The notes beneath the pieces are model-generated. The model was not told where the DNA came from. It was given only the letters and a program-made list of their open reading frames with translations, and made no database searches. Shown piece by piece: positions 57,301 to 64,000 of a DNA stretch of 64,000 nucleotides (position 1 is its first letter; each line of letters opens with the position of its first letter). Origin of the DNA: an uncultured Alphaproteobacteria bacterium (GTDB lineage Bacteria > Pseudomonadota > Alphaproteobacteria > CAVTAV01); NCBI GenBank assembly GCA_963732795.1, contig CAVTAV010000006.1:11069-75068 (forward strand). The letters are read 5' to 3'. The translations under genes were made by a program, and so were the position numbers.

Positions 57301-57823
57301 TCAGCGCGTCGCCGCCCAGGGCGCGATATAGACCTTGGCGTCGATCGCGAGGCCTTCGTCCGCTTGTGTGTCGAGCCACTCGGCCAGCGTCGCCAGGGGC
57401 ACGACATGGACGGTGATGTCCTCATGCCCGTCGCCGCCGCCTTCGCCCACTTTGGTCAGGCCGCGGGCAAGGTAGAAGGTGATGATCTCGCGTTGTGAGC
57501 CCGCCCGAGGCCGCACCCTCGAACAGGCGGGTCCAGCGGGCCGCCGTGTAGCCGGTCTCCTCTTCGAGCTCTCGCTTGGCCGCGTCGAGCATGTCCTCGC
57601 CTTCATCCTGATCGCCGACCAGTCCGGCGGGAATCTCGATGCAGGGGCGGCCGAGGGCCGGGCGGAGCTGCTCGACGAGCACGACCTCGCCCGCATCGGT
57701 GATCGGGATCATCGCGACCACGCCCGTGACATTGACCCGTCGCACGAATTCCCACCGCCCGTCACGCACCAGCTCCAGCCAGTCGCCGCGTCCGAGGGAT
57801 TCGATTTTGTCGGTCATGGTCAA
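57301..57823 (-). pseudogene. NUDIX hydrolase (ADP-ribose pyrophosphatase-like), one frameshift near 57500
   Basis: ORF 57422..57823 with Nudix box GLVGDQDEGEDMLDAAKRELEEETGY. C-terminus in ORF 57301..57696 (EIITFYLARGLTKV...VHVVPLATLAEWL). Confidence 0.82.
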
Positions 57824-57916
57824 CCTCGCGATTCGTGTGCGCGCACTTTAACCTGCATTCCTTTAGCTTCAATCTCTTGGTAGCTTGGCCACCCCAAAGA
57901 CCTCGAGACACACCCC

Positions 57917-59420
57917 ATGGCCTTCCGATCCCTTCGCGACTTCATCGAGCTTCTGGAAAAGAGCGGCCAGCTCGCGCGGGTCGACGGAGCCGGTCTCGAC
58001 CGTGCTCGAAATGACCGAGATCCAGACCCGGCTGATCGCCGAGAACGGCCCGGCGGTGATCTTCGAGAACGCGTTCAGGGCGGACGGCGCAAAATCCGAC
58101 ATGCCGGTACTGGCAAATCTGTTCGGCACGGTCGAGCGGGTCGCCATGGGCATGGACCGCAAGCCCGAGGAGCTGCGCGCGCTCGGCGAAACCCTCGCCT
58201 TTTTCCGCCAGCCCGAGCCGCCGGGAGGCTGGCGCGAGGCGATGGAGATGCTGCCGCTGGTGAAGCAGGTCATGGCGATGAAGCCGAAGACGGTCTCGCA
58301 CGGGGCCTGCCAGGAGGTGGTGCTCCAGGGCGATGAGATCGATCTCGCCAAGCTCCCCATCCAGACCTGCTGGCCGAACGAGCCCGCGCCCTTGATCACC
58401 TGGCCGCTCGTGGTAACCGAGGATCCGGGCAAGGACGAGGCCTATAATCTCGGCATCTACCGGATGCAGGTGACCGGCCCGAAGACGACCTATATGCGCT
58501 GGCTCAAGCATCGCGGCGGCGCGCAGCATTTCCGTAAATGGGGCGAGAAGAGGCCCGATCCCATGCCGGTCGCGGCCGTGATCGGCGCCGATCCGGGGAC
58601 GATCCTCGCCGCCGTCACGCCGGTGCCGGATACGCTTTCGGAATATCAGTTCGCGGGGCTGTTGCGCGGCGCCAAGGTCGAACTCGTCGATTGCAAGACG
58701 ATCCCCTTGAAGGTTCCCGCCGAGGCGGAGATCGTGCTGGAAGGCCATGTTTTCCTGGATCGATACGGGGACGAAGGCCCTTATGGCGACCACACCGGCT
58801 ACTATAATTCGGTCGAGCAATTCCCGGTCTTCGAGATCTCCGCGATCACGCACCGCCGCGATCCGATTTATCTCTCGACCTATACCGGACGGCCGCCCGA
58901 CGAGCCCTCGATCCTGGGCGAGGCGCTGAACGAGGTGTTCATCCCGCTCCTCATCCAGCAATTCCCGGAGATCGTGGATTTCTGGCTGCCGCCCGAGGGC
59001 TGCTCCTACCGGATCGCCGTCGTCTCGATGAAGAAGGCCTATGCCGGCCACGCCAAGCGCGTGATGATGGGGGTGTGGTCCTATCTCCGCCAGTTCATGT
59101 ATACGAAATGGGTGATCGTGGTGGACGACGACATCAACGCGCGCGACTGGAAGGACGTCATGTGGGCGATTTCGACCCGCATGGATCCGGCGCGCGATAT
59201 CACCTTGGTCGAGAATACGCCGATCGACTATCTCGACTTCGCCTCGCCCGAAAGCGGCCTCGGCTCCAAGATCGGGCTCGACGCGACCAACAAATGGCCG
59301 CCCGAGACTCACCGTGAATGGGGCCGGCTCATCACCATGGATCAGGGCATCATCGACACCGTGACCGAGAAATGGCCGCGGCTCGGCCTGCCCGGATCCG
59401 GCAAACCGATTTGGAAGTAA
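57917..59420 (+). pseudogene. ubiD: UbiD-family decarboxylase (4-hydroxy-3-polyprenylbenzoate decarboxylase), one frameshift near 57990
   Basis: [22 protein letters not shown] (ORF 57917..58336), then ORF 57885..59420: [47 protein letters not shown]. Confidence 0.9.
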
Positions 59421-60823
59421 ATGACTGAATCATCCGACGCGACCGCCGCCAAATCCCTCACCGCCACCCAGGAAGCCGCCTCCGAAGAGGCGATCGGGAT
59501 CCTCGAAAGCCTGTTCAAGCGCGCCAAGGCCCAAGGCGCCGACGCCGCCGACGCGCTGCTCGGCGAATCCGAATCCCTGGGCGTTTCCTACCGCCTCGGC
59601 GAACTTGGAGGACGTCAATCGATCCGAGGCGCGGGACTTGGGCTTGCGCGTCATCGTCGGCAAGAAGCAGGCGGTGGTCTCGACCACCGATCATTCCAAG
59701 GCGTCCTTGGACGCCTTGGTCGACCGCGCGGTCGCCATGGCCAAGGTCGCGCCGGACGATCCCTATTGCGGGCTCGCGGATCCCGAGCTTCTGCTCAAAG
59801 GCGCGGCCCCCGACCTCGAATCCTATGACAGCCATGTGCTCGATCACCGAGACGCTGGTCCGCATGGCGGCCGAGGCGGAGGATGCGGCGCGCGCCGTCG
59901 AGGGCGTCACCAATTCCGAAGGCGCGGGCGCGGAATGGGCCGCCGGGCGCATCACGCTCGCGACCAGCGCCGGCTTCGCCAACGGCTACAAGACGTCTTC
60001 CTTCGGCGTCAGCGTGTCGGTGCTGGCGGGCGAGGGCATGGCGATGGAGCGCGATTACGACTATTCGAGCAAGCGCCACCTGATCGACCTCGACTCGCCC
60101 TCGAAGGTCGGCAAACGGGCCGGCGAGCGCGCCGTGAAGCGGCTCAATCCGAAGCGCGCCAAGACGGCGCAGGCGCCGGTCGTGTTCGATCCGCGCGTCT
60201 CGGGCGGGCTCATCCGCCATCTTTCGGGCGCGATCAACGGCCAGTCGATCTCACGCAAATCGAGCTTTCTTCGGGACAAGCTGGGCCAGGCGGTCTTCGC
60301 CAAGGGAATCCGCATCGTCGACGATCCGTTGCGGATCCGCGGCCTCGCCTCCAAACCGTTCGACGGCGAGGGCGTGGCGACCGCCAAGACCATGATCGTC
60401 GATGACGGCGTGCTGCAATGCTGGCTCCTGGATACCGCGACCGCCAAGCAGCTCGGCCTCACAGACAAACGGCCATGCCGCCCGCGGCACCGGCGCCCCG
60501 CCGGTCCCGAGCTCGACCAATCTCTATCTGGAGCCGGGCGCGCTCATCGGTGAAGGACATGCTCGGCCGAGATCAAGTCCGGCCTCTATGTCACCGAGCT
60601 GATCGGCATGGGCGTGAACGGCGTCACCGGCGACTACAGCCGCGGCGCGGCCGGCTTCTGGATCGAGAACGGCGAGCTCGCTTTTCCGGTCAACGAGGTC
60701 ACCATCGCCGGCAATCTCAAGGACATGTTCCTGAACCTCACCCCCGCCGACGACCTCGAATTCCGCTACGGCACCGACGCCCCGACCGTCATGATCGAGG
60801 GCATGACCGTCGCCGGCGGCTGA
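59421..60823 (+). pseudogene. pmbA: metalloprotease PmbA (TldE), at least 4 frameshifts
   Basis: The ATG directly follows the ubiD stop. Pieces in ORFs 59421..59828, 59605..60405, 59825..60553 and 60608..60823. RDLGLRVIVGKKQAVVST, FDGEGVAT, GHAARG, TNLYLEPG, GMGVNGVTGDYSRGAAGFWIENGE. Confidence 0.85.
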
Positions 60824-60826
60824 CGC

Positions 60827-62175
60827 TCAGAACACCAGCCAGGCCTGCAGGAATAGCGTATTGTTGTCCGAGGCGTTCCGGCCGCTGCCGTCGTAATTCG
60901 TCTTCGCGCCGTCGAATTTCGTATAACCGACATATTGCAGCGACAGTTTCAGGCTGCTCATCGGATAGAAGGACGGCCCGCCATTCTTGTTGAACGGCAG
61001 CCAGTCGGCTTCGAGGATATAGCCGTTGCTGTTCGGATAACCGGTGCGCGTGCCATACAAGCGCCGGATCGCCGGTGCCCGTGGTCGAGAAATAGGCCGC
61101 TTCAAGCCCGTAGGTCTTGTCGCGCATATAGGTCGCGGTGGCGTTGAAGCTGTGCAGCTTGTCGCGCGCATTGTCGGCATTGCCGAGCGCGACGCTCGCG
61201 GGCAGATGCTGCCGCTCCGAAATCCAGGATAGCAGGAGCGAAGCGTCGTTCTTGTCGTCGGAATACTGGTATTCGCTGTCGAGGCCGATATCGGTGACGT
61301 GATCGGCGCCCATGCTCCGGTCCCGGCCCGGAAACACCGAGGCGTCCATGCCGAAGGTGCCCGACTTCGAGGAAGTGGCTGCCCCATGTGTGCTGGAGCG
61401 CCACGCGCCAATAGGGGGCGAGATTGTGGATCTGCGCTTCGTCCATCCAATCCTCGCCGAAGAATTTCTGCACACCCGACGACAACGTGTCGTAACCGTC
61501 GACTTCGACATAGAGAAGATTGTCGAACATCGAATAGAGACCGATGCCGCCGACCTGCTGGGCGAAAGCGCCTTGGATCATGGTGCCGGCGTCGGGACCG
61601 GGGGCGAGGCCGGAATCGGTATAGGGGAAGCCCCAGGCCGGCGTCGTGTTCCAGAGATCGGAGACGGTCGGGTTGTTGTTGAAGGTGACGCCGACGACGA
61701 GCGGCTTGCCGCCGACGATTGCGGTCTTGGCGGCGCGGATATCGGTGTTATCGAGCGCGACGTCCTTGCCCGCGCCGTCATAGGTGCCCTGGATGAAGGC
61801 GCCCATGACGCCGGGAATGACCGCGCCGCCATAGAACAGGCTGATCTGGTTGATCGCGACATTGTCGTTGTCGCTGAAACCGGGGGCCGCGCCGCCGGGC
61901 TGGCCCTTGCCGGTATGGGTGAAGGCGAGCTGAGCCATACCCGCGAGCGGAGGGACCCATTTCTCGCCGCTGCTCATCACATAGCCGTTGAGCTTGAACT
62001 GCCGGCCGAACGCCGTGAGCTCGGGAAAGTTCGTGTGGCAGGTATTGCAGGGGAGACCGGTCTGGCGGGCGAAACTGGGAACGGCGGATGCGGGAAGCGG
62101 TGAGAAGGCGAGGATGGTGACGATGAGAACGGACAGACGAGAAAAGACGACAAACGGCCGGCGCAGCAATATCAT
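60827..62175 (-). pseudogene. outer-membrane beta-barrel protein with N-terminal single c-heme motif (Cyc2-like fused cytochrome-porin architecture), two frameshifts near 61380 and 61060
   Basis: ORF 61102..62175: signal peptide, then VPSFARQTGLPCNTCHTNFPELTAFGRQFKLNGY. Continues in ORF 60789..61511 (GTFGMDASVFPGRDRSMGADHVTDIGLDSEYQYSDD...) and ORF 60827..61450 (...SLKLSLQYVGYTKFDG...NNTLFLQAWLVF). Confidence 0.65.
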
Positions 62176-62404
62176 TTTCTTACCTCACTGGAACGCAACC
62201 GGGGAGCTTAGAGGGTGGCTGGATTGCGAATTAGACTTACAACCAGGTTGATGACACCTTGCTGATCTAAATCAAACTAGCCCTAATTCGCTATTAATGG
62301 GATAAGCCCCGAATCCATAGCATCCTTGTCGGCAGCGTCGAAACGGCAGAGCCCGTTCAAGCGACCAATAGTCGCACGACATGTCATCCCGTGGTTCAAT
62401 GGAC

Positions 62405-63112
62405 CTAAAACGATTTGCCGACCGAGAAGACGACCCGTGACGATGCGGCGGCGAAGTGCTCGTCGGTATCCGAATACATCAGCTTCAGATCGAGCCCGAG
62501 CAGGCTCGCCCCGACCCCGCCGTTCCATTCCCAATAGCCGCTGGTGTGGAAGGCCGTGTCCTGATAGCCGAGATGGGCGAAGATATAGGGCGCGAGGCGG
62601 CTGTTCGGAAGCGGCACGGGCACGGTCAGGTCGCCATAGATCCAGGTCGCGTCGTCATGGCCGAGACTGCCCTGGCTCGGGGAATAGCCGATGCCGAGAT
62701 TGGTCGAGACGAAGCCGAAATCGTAGCCGAGGGAGAACAGGCCCTCCCAATACTCGTCATGGGCGTTCGACCATGGATAGGTGTAGTAGACGATGGTGGC
62801 GTTGTAGGAGAGCGCCCGGATGCTGCCGCCATAGCCGGCATACCAGTCCAGCTCCAGATGCTGGCCGGCATTGTCGAGATTGGATCCCCAGACGCCGGCA
62901 TTGAACCCGCTCGGATGGCTCCAGCCCAGGCTGCCCTGGATGGCGGGATGCTCGTCGCTCAGCGAGATGCCGCGAAACACATAGTCGGTGGTGAAGCTGA
63001 CCGAGCCGTCGACCGAGCCAAGGGACGAGTCCTGCGCGGCGGCGGTATTGCTCCCGGCCACAATCAGAAGTAGGCCGAACGCGGCAATGGCCGGCAAAGC
63101 TGAACGTCGCAT
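62405..63112 (-). CDS. TIGR02001-family (Gcw_chp) outer-membrane beta-barrel protein, paralogue 1
   Basis: ORF 62405..63229. Start at the ATG at 63112, preceded by GGAGGAGG. Signal peptide MRRSALPAIAAFGLLLIVAGSNTAAA, TTDYVFRGISLSDEHPAIQGSL, ELDWYAGY, YYTYPW, C-terminal VVFSVGKSF. Confidence 0.8.
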   Translation of the reverse strand: MRRSALPAIAAFGLLLIVAGSNTAAAQDSSLGSVDGSVSFTTDYVFRGISLSDEHPAIQGSLGWSHPSGFNAGVWGSNLDNAGQHLELDWYAGYGGSIRALSYNATIVYYTYPWSNAHDEYWEGLFSLGYDFGFVSTNLGIGYSPSQGSLGHDDATWIYGDLTVPVPLPNSRLAPYIFAHLGYQDTAFHTSGYWEWNGGVGASLLGLDLKLMYSDTDEHFAAASSRVVFSVGKSF

Positions 63113-63193
63113 CTGCTGCCTCCTCCCGTGGGACCTCCGTGTGGTTCTGGGGGGCGGTGTAACAGATGTGACGCGCTGAATAAAGGAACCCGG

Positions 63194-63231
63194 AACAAAA
63201 GAGACGGGTGGCAGACCGCTTCCTGCCACCC
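63194..63231 (-). terminator. Rho-independent terminator after TIGR02001 paralogue 2
   Basis: On the minus strand: GGGTGGCAG-gaagcggt-CTGCCACCC followed by GTCTCTTTTGTT. Begins about 21 nt after the stop at 63252. Confidence 0.6.
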
Positions 63232-63251
63232 GTCAGGGACGCACTACGCCT

Positions 63252-63965
63252 CTAGAAGGATTTTCCGACCGTGAAGACGAACCGAGAATCCGCGGTGGGG
63301 GTCGCCTTTACATTGGTATCGATATACATCGCCGAGATGTCGAGACCGAGGAGGCTGAACCCGGCGCCGCCGTTCCATTCCCAGTAGCCGCCGGGCCCAA
63401 ACGCGTAAGACTGGTGGCCGACATGGGCGAAAATATGTGGCGCTAAGCTGCCGCTCATCGGGATCGGCACATCGATATCGCCATAAACCCAGGTCGCATC
63501 GTCATGGCCGAGATTGGCCTGCTTGGGCGAGTAACCGATACCAAGATCGGCCGACATGAAGCCGAAATCATAGCCGCCTTGGACGATTCCTTCCCAGTAC
63601 TCGTCGCTCGCGTTCGACCACGGATATGTGTAGTACACGATGGTCGCGCTGTACGAGAATTTGTCCATGCTGCCGGAATAGCCGGCCGACCAGTCGAGCT
63701 CGAGGCCGTCGCCGCCGTTCGACAGGTTCGAGCCCCAAACGCCGGCGAAGAAGCCGCTCGGATGATCCCATTCCAGGCTGCCCTGAACCGCCGGATGCTC
63801 GTTGCTCAGCGAATAGCCGCGGAAGACATAGTCGTTCGTAAAGGTCACATTGCCGCTGAACGATCCGTAGGGCGATGCGTCGTCTGCGGCGAACGCGCCG
63901 GAGTTCATGACCATCAAGGCCGAGACAGCGGCGGCGGTAGCCATCAGTGGTTTTGCGAGTTTCAT
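63252..63965 (-). CDS. TIGR02001-family (Gcw_chp) outer-membrane beta-barrel protein, paralogue 2
   Basis: ORF 63252..63986. Start at the ATG at 63965, preceded by GGAGGAAAC. Signal peptide MKLAKPLMATAAAVSALMVMNSGAFA, TNDYVFRGYSLSNEHPAVQGSL, ELDWSAGY, YYTYPW, C-terminal FVFTVGKSF. Confidence 0.82.
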   Translation of the reverse strand: MKLAKPLMATAAAVSALMVMNSGAFAADDASPYGSFSGNVTFTNDYVFRGYSLSNEHPAVQGSLEWDHPSGFFAGVWGSNLSNGGDGLELDWSAGYSGSMDKFSYSATIVYYTYPWSNASDEYWEGIVQGGYDFGFMSADLGIGYSPKQANLGHDDATWVYGDIDVPIPMSGSLAPHIFAHVGHQSYAFGPGGYWEWNGGAGFSLLGLDISAMYIDTNVKATPTADSRFVFTVGKSF

Positions 63966-64000
63966 TTTACTGTTTCCTCCAATCAAGAATTGAGGCGTTT

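Overview
High-GC (roughly mid-60s % by eye) chromosomal segment with alphaproteobacterial hallmarks: CcrM methyltransferase, F0 operon atpI-B-E-F'-F with both b and b' subunits, plant-type GshA, protein-kinase-fold ThrB, and a GTTC-N7-GTTC SOS box. I can support about 60 protein-coding loci, nearly all housekeeping. They cover the MEP pathway (ispE, ispH), ETF-QO, DNA repair (family-4 UDG, MutY, RNase HI/HII), SMC, the aa3 cytochrome oxidase cluster, Thr/Met/glutathione/ubiquinone biosynthesis and TldD/PmbA. I recognised no rRNA, tRNA, CRISPR array, transposase, integrase, phage or known defence gene. About half of the loci are interrupted by 1-nt indels that cluster regionally. I read these as most likely assembly or sequencing error, and I annotate those loci full-span as 'pseudogene as assembled'. 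No finding here is clearly a new system. The items most worth a second look are: (1) a signal-peptide + single-CXXCH + beta-barrel protein with Cyc2-like fused cytochrome-porin architecture, next to two TIGR02001 barrels; (2) an overlap-coupled operon of two tandem PQQ quinohemoprotein dehydrogenases, a P-loop NTPase and the orphan TIGR04283/TIGR04282 transferase pair; (3) an uncharacterised membrane-protein family with a duplicated dead 5' gene fragment; (4) an alpha-type LexA box in front of a PA0069-family radical SAM gene; (5) a decaying DsbA triplication; and (6) three families of short palindromic/MITE-like repeats. All coordinates of frameshifted loci are approximate.
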